A stretch of 63,502 nt of DNA from Octopus bimaculoides. Lineage: Eukaryota. The stretch is taken from NCBI RefSeq assembly GCF_001194135.2, contig NC_068998.1:20401352-20464853 (forward strand), read 5' to 3'. The translations under genes were made by a program, and so were the position numbers. The first letter of the stretch is position 1. Every line of letters begins with the position of its first letter. Below the pieces are notes generated by a model. It saw only the letters and a list, made by a program, of their open reading frames with translations. It ran no database searches and was not told the DNA's origin. Below, piece by piece: positions 63,446 through 63,502 of this stretch.

Positions 63446-63502
63446 AGAATAAGAGTATATATAGGTATATGTATGTGTGTGTGTGTGTGTGTGTATGTAT
63501 AT

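Overview
AT-rich, microsatellite-dense eukaryotic DNA with 12 N-gaps. The repeat families look like an octopus (coleoid cephalopod) genome; this is an inference from recalled SINE types, not a database match. There is one supportable host gene: five GT-AG-bounded, phase-consistent coding exons (31082-37016, + strand, 237 codons) of a divergent SLC5A7/CHT1-like choline-transporter paralog. Its 3' half is not visible and may be lost across a 100-N gap at 37819-37918. The rest is mostly decayed mobile DNA: RTE LINE, RLE-type (CRE/R2-like) non-LTR, two Penelope-like elements, a Helitron 5' ORF, a DD36E Tc1, a DD34D mariner, several MITEs with visible TIRs and TSDs, and tRNA-derived SINEs. The most notable observations are (1) a core-intact minimal type I hammerhead ribozyme at 5136-5190 (-) next to a Penelope remnant, (2) replacement of two putative choline-cage aromatics in the transporter, (3) two GG-terminated elements with 8-9 bp TSDs (Merlin or MULE-like), and (4) near-perfect tail-to-tail inverted retroelement pairs that could form dsRNA. 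No prokaryotic features or CRISPR array were found. Most ORFs in the supplied track are microsatellite or gap artefacts.
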